NCBI RefSeq assembly: GCF_009834535.1
Contig: NC_045716.1
Span: 29,450,001 to 29,514,000, forward strand
DNA from: Camelus ferus
Lineage: Eukaryota
Direction of reading: 5' to 3'
Length of the DNA: 64,000 nt
In this document: positions 36,091 to 50,641 of the stretch, in pieces
How positions within the stretch are numbered: position 1 is the stretch's first letter
How the letters are laid out: each line of letters begins with the position of its first letter
Notes under the pieces: generated by a model
Seen by the model: only the letters and a program-made list of their open reading frames with translations
The model's database searches: none
What the model was told of the DNA's origin: nothing
Made by a program: the position numbers and the translations under genes

Positions 36091-38099
36091 CATTTTTGAC
36101 AATAACGCACTTCCAGGTGCTCACCGACAGTGGTTCTCCTGTTTCCGGCATCTTTCCTTCAGCCTCCATCTGGGTTCCGTGTAGCCTACGGCTCTGGACA
36201 GCTGTGTGGCTAGCTGGCTGGCTCCAAGCTCTGTGATTAAGCTCTGAAGTCGTCCTGTCCCTACTAAGTTATTAGGCTACTGCTTTTCCATATTTATGAC
36301 ATGGTTATAAATGTCAGGCTGATTTACAAAGTGCTATAGTGACATGACTTTTTTTTTCTTAAAACATTACAAAAACCACTTTGCTGTTAGGAGATTAATT
36401 TTAAAAACCAAGGATGTGTGTCACAGGGCTCCAGGAGCTGTTGCCGAGCATCTCTGATGCCAACCTTGAAAACTCCAGCTGGAGGCCAGTCAGGTGCAGG
36501 AGTGGAGTGAGCCCCGCAGTCTCTGGGGCCCGGTCTTGCAAGGAAATCCTGGGAGGCTGTTGAAGACCCCACAGCTCCAGGGGAGTGCATCTGGGAACCC
36601 TGCCCCTAGGCGGGCACTGTGTCCAGGGGACATTAATGAGTCCCTTCAGTGACCCTTGCAGGCCCAATCCTCGGACAGAAGCCTCTCAGCAGAGCTATGG
36701 CTGTGGAGTTCTGTGCCAAGGAGGACAGAGACCGTCCCTATAGCTAAAGACTTTTAAAACCCTTGAGCCAGCAAGTCTTTGTAGCAGAAGGACTCCTGCG
36801 TTATGAGTTCATTACAGTTCACTTCTCCCATCTTTACCAACTGAAAAGGTGAGCATGTTTTCAGCAGAATTTCGTATGAGAACTTTCCTTGCCTTGCTGT
36901 CCTGCATACTTTTCGAAGGAAGTAAGTATGGAGTATCCGTGCATGGGACATTATGGCGGGCTGTGTCGTGTGCCGCGGCCCAAGGTCCCGGAATTAGTTT
37001 CACTTCCTGACTGCTGCAGACTTCAGGCCCTCACCCAGTGACCTGGGCAGCATCCTGGCTGAGCAGACGGAGCTGCATGAGTCTGTGGGTCTGTCTGGAA
37101 AGAGAAACTGGGGATGGGGACAGGGATGTGTTTGGGAATAGAAAGAGCAAGTTCATGGTGGGATCACCAAAGGGCATCTGGGAAAGACGTGGGAAACACG
37201 GGCTAACGCTAGACTGATTCAAACCCACGTCAAGGCCAGGGTCTACTCGGCAGACATTCTGTCCAGGGTCCCTCTGCTGCCACAGAGGTGAGTGTGGGTT
37301 CAGGCCCGGGTGGTGATGTGTGGGGCCAATCTGCATTCTTGCTCTCCTCCCTTCTCTTCTGCACTTCCTTCACCGCGCTGGCTCCTACCACGTCCCCTGG
37401 AAGCTGAGCTGGTGTCATTAGCAACGACCAGCATCCCTGACTTAACCACGTGCTGGCCCTGGCCTAACTGGCCTCCCAGCAGCTCCTCCCATTTCACAGA
37501 AGGAAACAGTTAAAATAACTTGCCCACAGCCTCAAGACTAGTACAAAGACTAACCAACTCCACAGCCACTCTCCTGTGGGTCACTGACCTTCCTGTTTGG
37601 TCATCTGTTTGTGAAAGTGGCAGGCTACAGATTTTACACAATGACATCACAGATAAATACCATTTTTGCTGAGAAGTGCTTCCATGCAGTAGCTAACATC
37701 TCTCAGCAAAGCAGGACGGGGACCACCCTTGCTTCAGAGATGAGCACACACCTAGCCTCTGCACTTGTCTGTCTCCCTGACCATGACCGTGTAACTCCTC
37801 AGGGAGCCCCAACCTGATTTTTCTAATACCCAAGGGTGTCTCAATAGGGCAGAAAACTGCAACCTGGTTACTCAGGGCACAACACGGGCCTCCAAATTTC
37901 TCATTCTGTATCATGAAATTCTTAAAATACTCATTAGGTTTCACGAGGAGGAAGCTTAGTGACTGGGGTGAGAGCGGGGAAGAAGGGGTTACTGGGTGCA
38001 AAGGCTTACAGATGGCAGGAGGGTGCTGGCGACTTAACAAGGCAGTCTTGGGAACAAGAGGCGCACAGGGCCCAGGTCACAGATGTTTTAAAGAAGCTC

Positions 38100-40686
<2,587 letters not shown>

Positions 40687-43600
40687 GTGCTGTTGGCAGA
40701 TGGTGATAAGCCTGTGGTGTCCGTGTGACATCTGTCACGTAAGGATCTGGGACTTGGGTGCGCGTCCTTGTCCCTCGGCACACACAACCTCCTGTGGGAG
40801 AAGCAGCTTTGGAAGCTGGGGGTTTTATGGGTTTTCTTGTCTGGATCCTCCAGCCCTGCAGGGTGTGTGGATTCCCATTCTGCTGCCTCAGATAACAGAG
40901 GACTGTTAAACAACTATTAACACATCCAAAATTAACAGCTTGTGAGGTGCTGACTGATTGTCATGCTCATTTTGTGGGGGGCAGCTGGTGTGGAGGAGTG
41001 GGAATTTGAGCCTCACAGTCCATCTGTGACAACCTTGAAGTGGCCTCTTGTGGACGACTGGAGGCACTGCTTCCACTTCTACCGCATCACCTGCCGTCGT
41101 GGTCGTAGTTTGGGGAGCAGAGCCTCCAGGCATGTGCAGGGCTGAGGTCCAGCTCTGACGAGGATCCCAAGTGGTTGCTGTTCACCTGGTCAGAACTGCT
41201 TGTGGGTTGTAGGTGCACCTCAGGGACACAAAACCAAAGCGTTGGTGTCGCCCCTGTGCCTGCAGGGGCTTGGTCACATCTGTCTCATTTCCCGTGTGTA
41301 CCTGCTCTTTATTTAATTGGTTTGCGCTGGTTTGGCAGTAGTTGCAAATAACGTCTCAATTTGCTGTGCTCTTTTTTTTTTTTTTTAAACTAGAGGAATT
41401 TCAATTTCCTAGGCTGTTCTTAAGGGAGAAGTAATTTAGTTTATTTTCTAAGCTATACAGTATTCTACTTTGGAGAGAAAGTGTGCATCATGGAATTTTA
41501 ACACAGGAGTGTTAGCCCTCTAGGGTGAGCTTTGTTTTGAATCTGTATCCTGTAGCTGCTTTGTGAAAATGTAGGTAGTTGGCTGTTTTTAAAAGAATTG
41601 GAATTAATCCTAATTTCCAGTTACTTCTAAGTGTAATGTACAGGAAACTGTGGTCACTTTAAATTGGTTAGGCTCTTCCTTACCTAACTCAGTTGAAGCC
41701 GAATTCTTGTTTCTCATAAGTTTTATTTAGAAGTGATCACATTTGCCATTTTTTTCTTCTATGCTTTCTAGATTTTATGGAAGAAAACTGGTCTCTGTGG
41801 TTTTGGGTTTTTCTTTTAAGTAAAGTCTGGAAGAGAAAAGTAGGCATGAGGCCTCCCTCCAGCCCCTGGAGGCCTTTGTCTGGAGCGGTTCACGCCCAGC
41901 TCCAGGACTTCCCAGCGTCCTTGCCCTTGTCCTTTTTGCTCCAGCTTAGAGGTGAGACGATACCAAGTGTGCTGACTCTGGCTTGGCCTCCTGGCCTGGA
42001 CCATCTGGAGACTTTAGAGTCCAGGTGTTGGGCCAGGGAGGGTGGGCAGAGCTGGTGAGGGGTGGTGGTGGGTGGTCCTGGCAGTGGACAGTGGTGTGGG
42101 GGGTAGTTACTGGAAGACAGTGGTGAGAACAGGTGTCCAGGTATTCACTGCGCACCTCCTGTGTGCCAGACCCGGCGGCCGGGACAGTAGTGAACCAAAC
42201 AAGCTGTATCTTTCCTTGGTGGAATTTTCTGAAAGACCTCTAGGCCTCACTGAAGGTTTGTGGGCTTAGGTTGCAGTGGAGACTGGCCACCTGTTGGCCA
42301 GGTATAGGAGGATGATCTGCTGGCTTGAGGCCTGGTCAAGGGCCTTCAGCCCAGGAAGAGGGGCTGGCCTTCCAGAGACTTGTGGACCCACCTTCCAGGG
42401 AAAGGCTCAGCACCCTAGGGCTCTTCCTCCAGATCACTGGGGTATGGGGATCCAGCAGGTCCTGTGGGGAAAGTGGGCGTGTGTGTCAGACCTGGTCCCT
42501 CTTCAGCTGTGGTGCCTCAGCTGGGCTGCCCTCCTTTTTAAGCCCCAGTGTCCACAACTGCAGGTGGACTCCCTATCACACAATGTTGCAGAGATCCTGG
42601 GGAGGAGGCAAATTGGGTCATTGTTGAAAGAGACCAAGAGCATAGAGGGTGTCAGCCCGTCCCAGCAGTTCTCACCAAGGATATCACCAAAAGCCACCAG
42701 ATGAGTCAGGTAGGAACAGCTGACTGTCAGCTAGAGACACTGCTCAAGGACACTGCTGCCGCCCTGGCCCACGCTGCCAGCATCCCTTGGGAACCCTGGG
42801 CAGCTATGTCTTCATGGTCTCCCTCCTACCCTGGCCTGTGGTCCTGCCTAAGTGTGGGCTGGACCCAGCAACTTGGCTTCTGCTGGAACGGAAGTGAAGG
42901 ACAAAGGGTGCAGAGAGTCCACTTACCCGGGGAAGCAGTGTAGTCAGGTGCCCTGGACAAGCCTCCGCAAGGGGGCTTGGAGGGCTCATGGGTCAGGAAA
43001 ACCCCGGGTTGAGGGAGAGCCTGTGCTGGACAGTGTCCTGTGTCCCAGCTGGGATGGCAGACCTGCATGTGGTCAGCCGGTCCCCTCTCCAGGCCCACCT
43101 GTTTCATTTCTAAAGTTAAAAGCCAGACCCTGCAGGAAGACCTGACAGGTTGCAGGTGTTCTGAGATAAAATAACATTTCTTCAGGAAGAAAGAAACAGG
43201 CAGAGCGCAGCTTATAAAAAGCTCCGCCAGATGTGGCATTACTCTTTTTGAAAATCCTGTTAGCCCTCTGCCACCCTACTCCCCCATTGCAATTTCTAGT
43301 TTCCACACGCCTTGCAGGGCTGGCTGGGCCAGGCCTGCGTGCTCTGCACTGAAGACAGGACACAGGACGAGGCGGGAGGGTATGGCGGTGGCCTTTCCCC
43401 ACCTCTGAGTCCCACGCCCAGCCTTGCCAAGGCAAGGTCACTTGCACACAGCCTGGGGGTGGCTTTGCACCTGGCCCCACTTTCCAGGTGAGGAGATGAG
43501 GTACTGGGCGGCCTAGAACTTGTTGAGGCCACACGTGGACCCACAGGTGGATTCCCAGGAGCTCAGGGCCGCTTGTTGAATTGGGCGATGTAGCAGTTCA

Positions 43601-43871
43601 GCTGGGCTTTGAAGAGTAAGTAGGAGTTGGCTGGTGATGGGGAGCTGGTGCACACAGCACTGTGCCTTGAAAGCAAGGATGCTTCACTGTTGGGCCAAAA
43701 ATTGGTGACTAGAAGCACTTAAAGAGACAGCCATGGGGTTAAGTACACAAGAAAGGACTGAGTGTTAGGTGGCCCCACAGGGACCTTCGTGCTGCAGACC
43801 TGCAGACCCTTCTCCAGAGAGTACGTACTTCAGGCTTTCTGGGCCATACAGTCTGTCCCAGAGACTCAAGA

Positions 43872-43975
43872 GTTTTTTTGGGTTTTCTGGGGGTGGTTCA
43901 TTAGGGTTATTTTACTTACCTAGTGGTGGCACTGGGGATTGTGTGCATCCCACCACTGAGCTACACCCTCTCCTC
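43872..43975 (-). mobile_element. vic-1-like SINE with internal deletion
   Basis: Reverse complement GAGAGGGTGTAGCTCAGTGGTGGGATGCACAC joined to AATCCCCAGTGCCACC. Confidence 0.7.
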
Positions 43976-44509
43976 AACTCTGCTCTTGCAGAGCGAAATC
44001 AGCCTCAGACAGCAAGTGGTCGCCCAGGCCCCAGGCATGGCCGAATCCCAGTAAAACTTGATTGACAAAGTGGGCTGTCAGATTTGGCCCTGGGGGCTGC
44101 AGCTCCCAGCCCCCCACCTACATTCCCTGAGGGAGCTCATTGGGTTCAGACTGCCAGAACAGAAGCGCCGCAGATGGTGGGGCTTGTAGACGGCAGACGG
44201 AGATTCCACAGTCCCGGAGGCTGCAAGTCAGAGAGGGAGGCTCCAACAGACGGCATCTGGTTCAGAGAAGGCGTCTTCTCTGTCCCCGCGGCTGGGGGCC
44301 AGGCAGCTGTCTAGGGCCCTGTTTATAAAGGCACTAAGGCTCCATGCTTATGACCCGAGCACCTCCCGGGGCCCCCCAGTGCTGTCACAGTGAGGGCTAG
44401 GGTTTCAGCAGACAGATCTGGGGGGAACACAGACACTCAGTCTATGGAAGAGGGCCATATGATGTTACGAATAAAGGAAAGAAGTTACAGAACAGAAACT
44501 GCACCATGG

Positions 44510-44610
44510 TCTCTTTCAACATTTACTGGGTACCTACTATGTGCCAGGCACGGTCCTAGGCCCACAGACTCGGCTGTGAGAAGGAATAGGACGGTCCCCC
44601 AAGCTGGCAA
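44510..44610 (-). mobile_element. L2 3' fragment
   Basis: TTCAACATTTACTGGGTACCTACTATGTGCCAGGCACGGTCCTAGG. Confidence 0.7.
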
Positions 44611-44640
44611 AAAGGGCACTAAGGGTAGGAAACAACTTTT

Positions 44641-44832
44641 AAAAATCATACAAACAACAAAGTCCTACTGTACGGCACAGGGAACTATATTCAATATCTT
44701 GTAGTATATAATGAAAAAGAACATGAAAACGAATATATGTATGTAGATGTATGACTGAACTGTTATGCTGTACGCCAGAAATTGACACAACATTGTAAAC
44801 TGACTACTTCAATAAAAAAAATTCATACAAAC
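44641..44832 (+). mobile_element. 5'-truncated recent cetartiodactyl-type L1 (~165 nt) with TSD
   Basis: CACAGGGAACTATATTCAATATCTTG...GACACAACATTGTAAACTGACTACTTCAATAAAAAAA, flanked by near-identical AAAA(A/T)TCATACAAAC. Confidence 0.8.
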
Positions 44833-45383
44833 GGATTGCGTGGGAGCTGGAGGCATAAACATCAAAATGTTAAGTGTTTCTGGGTGCTAGAATTTTTTTT
44901 TCTTGCTTATCTACATTTTCTAATTTTTAAACAAGGAATATGTGTTGAAAACACATTTTTCTGCACCACAATAACAGCAGAGTATAACAGCAGTACATTT
45001 CCTGCATGTGGGTGCCTGAGCTCCACCCCCTCACCTTCTGGGCCCTTCCCATCCCTGGGGCCTCCGTGGGCTGGTGGGCGGTGGGTCCTGCGCATGGCTG
45101 GCCCTGGGGAAGACCAGGGCTACAGGAATCCAGTGTTTCCTCTGCAGTTTCTCTCCACTAGCCACCGTGCTGGCCCCTCCTGCAGAGTCAGCTCTGGAGC
45201 TGAGCCCAGGGTCGCCCCACAAGGCGGGGGGTGGGGGGGCCTGTTGCTGTGAAGCTATGGTGGAGACCTCAGTGGGTCCGTAAATCTTTGGACCTCAGAG
45301 ACTCGAATTCCCAACGGAATTCTCTTTCCTCTCTGCCCTTTTGGTGAAAATGCCACATTACTCGCCGGTGCTGTGCGTGTGGT

Positions 45384-45552
45384 GGTTAAGAGCTGGACAG
45401 AGGCCAGGTTTAAGCCTGATACTTACACTGGCCAGCTGGGTGGCCTCAGCAAATTGCTGGGCTTTTTGTTGGCCCCTTTCCTCATCTATGAAACAGGGCT
45501 GTTGTGAGGGTTCATGGAGAGCACCATCACAGGGAGCACAAACAGTGCCCAG
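45384..45552 (+). mobile_element. MIR SINE
   Basis: GGTTAAGAGC...TTTCCTCATCTATGAAACAGGG...GTTGTGAGGGTT. Confidence 0.65.
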
Positions 45553-47149
45553 TGGAGATAGCCGTCCTCCATGCTGGTGGGAGAGAGGTCCTGGGGGAAA
45601 GTGCCCAGGCCTGGTGGGCCAACGTGATGACCCTGAGCCTTGCCAGGAGCTGCTGAGTGTGCCAGTGTGGGGCTGGATGCCCACCGGAGCCTCGCCCCTC
45701 CTGGGGTTTCGCATCCTCATCCCTGTTAAAACTCAGAGAGGCTGAGGGGCCTTGCCTAGGGTGCCGGTGGAGCTGGTGTCCAGAGGAAGCTGTCTCTGGG
45801 CGGGCATGGGGCCCCTGCGAGCCAGTAAGCTACCACAAGCCCACGTGCACAGTTGCTGGGCTAAAGATTGGGATTCCCCCAGCTCTGGGAAGCAGGGCTG
45901 GGACAGATGCCGGGGCTGGAGATCCCTGAGGGGCTCCAGGCTGGTAACTATCTGCAGAGAGAAGCAGACTCTTCAACTACTGGTTTTTGAAGCTTTTGGA
46001 ATCTGGGCCAGCTTTCAAGAGGGGGTGACATGACAGGGAGGCTTGGTGAGGAGGAGGAAGCGGGCACAAGACTGACCCACTGGGCCTTTCCCTTTCCCGC
46101 AAGTTGGGCACAAGTTCTTTGCCTTCCAGGCACATTAGAGATGCGCTCACCCTCCCACCCGTGGAAGCTCCTCTGCTGAGGCTGGAGTGCAACCTCTGGC
46201 CTCCCACCTCTGCCCGGGCCACGTCTTTGTCCTGCTAGTGGCTGGGCCCTCTGACCCCAGGATCTTCTTCCGGAGTGCCGGTGGCTGAGGCTCAGCCCGG
46301 AGCCTCCAGAGCTCACAGATCTTGGCTGCACCTGGGATCTAGTCTCTGCTCCCCTGGTCCTTGGGCGCCTTCACCTTAACCCTCTTCCTGCTGCCCTTGC
46401 ACCATGGCTTTTGGCCAGGTCTATGCCCTATTTTCAGGCAGAAACTAGCAAAGAGATTGGGCTTGGAGGTGGTTTCTGCCTCCACCAACACCCCTTCTTC
46501 CGTACTGCTTCCACTGCTGGGACCAGGTAGTCCAGGGTAGGAGTGTAGCTCAGGACGGAATGGAGCCCCAGCCTCTTCCAATCTCCTGTGGGGGACAGAT
46601 GTGGAAGAGCCCCCAGGATCGGTCTGGTCAGACTCTGGACCTCACCGCAGACACCCTCCACACCAGGATTGGGGGGGTGGGGTGGGGGTGGGGGCTGTAC
46701 TGGTTCTGGGACTACAGGTCTCGGGAGAGCGGACAGGTTCTTCCTGTCTCCAGCCCAGCAAGGTGCCCAGCACACAGGAGGTGCCCACTACCTGCTTTCT
46801 GACTGAGCTGGTGCCTCACCAATGCAGCAAGGCCTGGAGATGGATCCCAGAGATGCGGAGAGAGGTGCGGATCTGGTGCTAAACTGGGCCTCTGTTGTCC
46901 CCTGGCTCCCACAGGGGCTGCCTGTGTGGGACCCTGGACCAGGCCCAGGGCAGCGCAGAGCCTCCTGCTGGGGAATAGATCCTGACCCAGGGAGCTTGTG
47001 GGGCTCTGCACAGTCTGGAAGGGCGCACATGGCCAGGACCCCAAAACTCTCCGCCCTGAAGATTTGAGCCCAGCTAACCCGGGACATCCTTGAGGGGGAA
47101 TAGGGACAAAGTGCGGGCTGAGGCCACCGCTGGGAGCCCACTCCCCGCC

Positions 47150-48720
47150 CCCCTAGCCCTCTCCACTGTCCCCTCCTCTGTTTCACCCTCTCCGACACCC
47201 CACCCCCTACAGTCCCCGCGTGGTGGCTGCCGCCAGAGCCACGTGTGCCCGTGCCCCGCAGGCGCACAGGGAGAGAAGCGCGGCCACGCCTGGCCCGGCC
47301 ATCATTTCCCCGGGCGGCCAAGGCGTGGATTCGCGGACAGCGGCCCCTTGGTGCGCCCAGACGGGTCCCTGAGCGCCAGCGCCGGGAGCACGAGCGCAAG
47401 GTCGGAGCGCGCGGTGGAGGAGGCGGCCCGCGGGGTGGTACCAGCGCCCTGCGCCTCGAAGGTGGAACTGCGGCTCAGCTGCCGGCACCTGCTGGACCGC
47501 GACCTGCGACCCGCTCACAGCCCGACCCCAGCGTGGTGCTGCTGCTGCAGTCGCAGAGCCAATGGGTGCAGGTAGGGGCGAGGGCGGGGGTGCAGAGGGA
47601 AGAGGCCTAGGGATGGACGGTGGTGCCAAGTGGGGACTGGTGTCCTGGAGCTGGGGATGCAGAGACCGAGGTGGGTGTGGGAAGCTAATGGGGCCCAAGG
47701 CAGCGGCGTCGGAGCTGGGGCTGAGCTCAGGGTCACGGGTGGGGTTACCGGGTCTAGGGGTGCGTGCCCAGGAGCTGTGGCAGTGGAGGTGTCCGGAGTG
47801 GGCTGGAGGCGGACCTGCACAGGGAGCTCCAAGCAGAGAGAGGAGCGCTGGAGTGGGGGGTGCGACCCAGGGTTGGGGGGTGCCTCCGGGGCCAGAGAGG
47901 CGCCGCAGGAGGCCTGCCTAAGGGGCAGAAAGGAGTGGAGGGGCAGGGGTTGGACTGGGGTCGCCGGTCCCTCTCCGCCCGAGGGGCAACCAGGAGCGCG
48001 GCTTTTCTGCCGGGTCCTCCTTCGCAAGGCGGAGGTGCCCGGACCTGGAGCAGGGAGGGCCCGGAGGGGAGCGGCCGACCGGGGCCGGAGCTCTCTGGGA
48101 GCCGAGGACTTGATCTCCGAGACTGGGACGCCCCATCTGCAGGGCCCCCCAGCCTGTCGCTTCTCCTGTTCTTGAAGACTGGCGGGGTCCCCAGGGACCT
48201 CGGCGCGTGGCCAGGGCAGCCTGGCGTGTGTGGCCAGGGTTGGGGACCTGGCTCTGGGCGGGCGGGTCTCTGAGCCACGGGGCTCCCCCTCAAACCTCTC
48301 GTCCTGGGAGTGCCCGGGGCGCCTGCGCAGGAGCGGGGCTTCCACGGGGCCCGCTGCCCTCGTCATCCCAGCCCAGCCCAGCCCTCCCCGCGGGCGGGTC
48401 GCGGCGACGGCTCCGGGCGCTCCGCGCCGGACGAAGCGCTTTCTCGGTCAACATCTCACGCGAGACGCGTGGCTTCACCTCGAAAGAGCAGGAGATCGGG
48501 GCGCGAGCCGAGGTCAGGGGCTGAAGGGGCTGGTGAGCAGGGGAGCGGGGGCCCGAGCCCGCGGCGGCTCCAGGCTCTCCCCGCCGGCGGGCCCCTCCCG
48601 CGCTCTGGCGCCCCCTGGCGGGGTGGCGGCACGCGGGGTGGGGCGGTGGCGGGGGACGCGTCTGGGCCCAAGAGCCCAGGGGCTCGGAGGCCAGGAGCGC
48701 CGCGACCTTCTGATCCGTGA
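47150..48720 (+). promoter_or_regulatory. CPNE7 CpG island (promoter, exon 1, start of intron 1)
   Basis: Dense CpG at about 47200-47580 and 48200-48720. Confidence 0.7.
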
Positions 48721-49849
48721 CTGTGTACGGTCTCTTGTCATCTCCGGACCACCAGAGACAGATACCTGCTTTTGGTTTCACTGTCCAGGGTTCCAATCCG
48801 ACTCTGTCCCTGACTTGGGGTGCCCTTGGGCCCCACCCTTCCCCCTTCTGAGCCTGTTTCCCCATCTGCGATGTGGGTGGCCTGGGGAGTGAGGAGTGAG
48901 GGAGGGTAATGACGCCCCAGGGGCGGCCTGGAGCCTCGCAGCATCTTGTGGGGTGGGGTCTTCCCACAACACAGTCTGGAAGCAAGGACCACCTGAGGGC
49001 ATATGGGAGGGGAAGGGGACCCTGAGCTGCTGCCGGCGCTGCCAGCAGGTGGACAGAACCGAGGTGGTCCGGAGCAGCCTGCACCTGGTGTTCCCCAAGG
49101 CCTTCACGCTCGGCTACTGCTTTGAGGAGGTGCAGAAGCTGCGCTCTGAGGTCTATGACGCCCAAGGGCCCAGTAGCCTGAGCTGTCGGGGAGACAACTT
49201 CCTGGGGGGCGTGGAGTGCACCTTGGGGCAGGTGAGTGCCCATCCCCTTGGGAGGGCGGGGGAAGGATGGGCACTTGGGCAGGTCCTGAGGGCTGGCTCT
49301 ATGGCAGTGGTGGCATGGGGACAATGAATAGATGCCAACTGTGTACCAGCATGACCCCCAGCGCTGCCTGTCTCCACAGCTCCTTCTCCTAAAAAGGTTA
49401 TTTTTAAAAATATGTAATTTTGAACTGGGTAATATGGATCCAAATCCAGAAAGTGTGATAGGCACACATGGAAGGCTTCCCTCCTTCTCTGTCTCCAGGG
49501 CCATTACATTCTTCTGCAGAGACGTCTTCTCACTAGAGCCAAGGAACGCGTGCTCTTTTCTCTATATTTATATATTAGAAAACACAAATGGCATACACTG
49601 TTCTGTAGCTTGCTTTCTTCACTTGAATGACACAAGGGAGCCCTTCCCGTGTCTCTCCCCGTGGCCTGTTGGTCCAGCTCCCACCTGAGGGACACTGTAT
49701 CCTCCACTCCAGTCGTCCGTCAGCTCCTCCATTATCAGTGTGACAGGAGTGCCTGCTCTCGCCACCAGCCAGGCTACTTAGCGCTAGGCTCTGTGCTGAA
49801 CACTCCGTGTGTCACACGTTAAATTCTTGTGAGGGCTACAAGGGCACTG

Positions 49850-50270
49850 CTTTTTATTGAGGTGTAATGTACACACAGTAAAATGTGTAGACCTTGAGGG
49901 TTGAGACTGATGAGCTTAGACGGTGGTCCACCTGACCGTCACCCAGATTACATGGAACATTCTCATCACCTGCAGGTTCCCCTGCTCCTCTCAGCACGAC
50001 CCCCGCCCTGATAGCTCTGCCTGTCCTAGAATTTCATGTCCGTGAATCTTATGGGATGTTCTCATTTGTGTCTGATTTCTTTTACCCAACATGATGTCTG
50101 GGTGACTCATCCATGCTGCTGCCTGGGCTGGAGATGGGCGGGTAGAGCCTTCTGTCAGATAAAAGGACCAAGACCCACGCAGGGCACAATCCTGCACAGG
50201 GCGGCGGTCCACCCAGCCTGGCCCCCAGCTGCCCTCGTGAGCATGGAAGACGGGGACCACATACAGGGAC
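49850..50270 (-). mobile_element. Ancient L1 (L1MB/ME-like) 3' end
   Basis: CTTTTTATTGAGGTGTAATGTACACACAGTAAAATG...TTTGTGTCTGATTTCTTTTACCCAACATGATG. Confidence 0.65.
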
Positions 50271-50471
50271 ACACATGGAAATATGCATGTCCAGCATGAA
50301 ATAAGACTTGTTCAGAGAAGATGTGACTCTGTTTATGTGACAGCTTTAATTAACATCCGCTCTGGAAACCATTTCAGTGTAGTCTATTGATGAAAATGGA
50401 TTTTTTTTGAATGATGTTAAGATGAAGTTAGTGAAAGATAATTTTCCCCTCCAAGAAGAAGTGGAGATTTA

Positions 50472-50641
50472 AAAAGGGAAATATGGCATTTCTTCTGGGG
50501 GGAGGGTGTAGCTCAAGTGGTAGAGTGCATGCTTAAGCATGTACAAGGTCCTGGGTTCAATCCCTGGTACCTCCTCTAAGAATAAATAAATAAATAAACC
50601 TAATTACCTCCCCCTCCAAAATAAATAAAAGGGAAATATGG
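50472..50641 (+). mobile_element. Young full-length vic-1-like SINE with 15-bp TSD
   Basis: Body 50497-50630 with intact A box TAGCTCAAGTGG and B box GGTTCAATCC; TSD AAAAGGGAAATATGG at 50472-50486 and 50627-50641. Confidence 0.9.

Noticed and set aside
48290-49504. 404-aa minus-strand ORF (likewise 59034-60356, 440 aa)
   Set aside because: Antisense GC-rich open frames overlapping CPNE7 with no recognisable homology
50497-50575. tRNA-Ala gene
   Set aside because: AT-rich tail, TSDs and multiple diverged copies show it is a SINE
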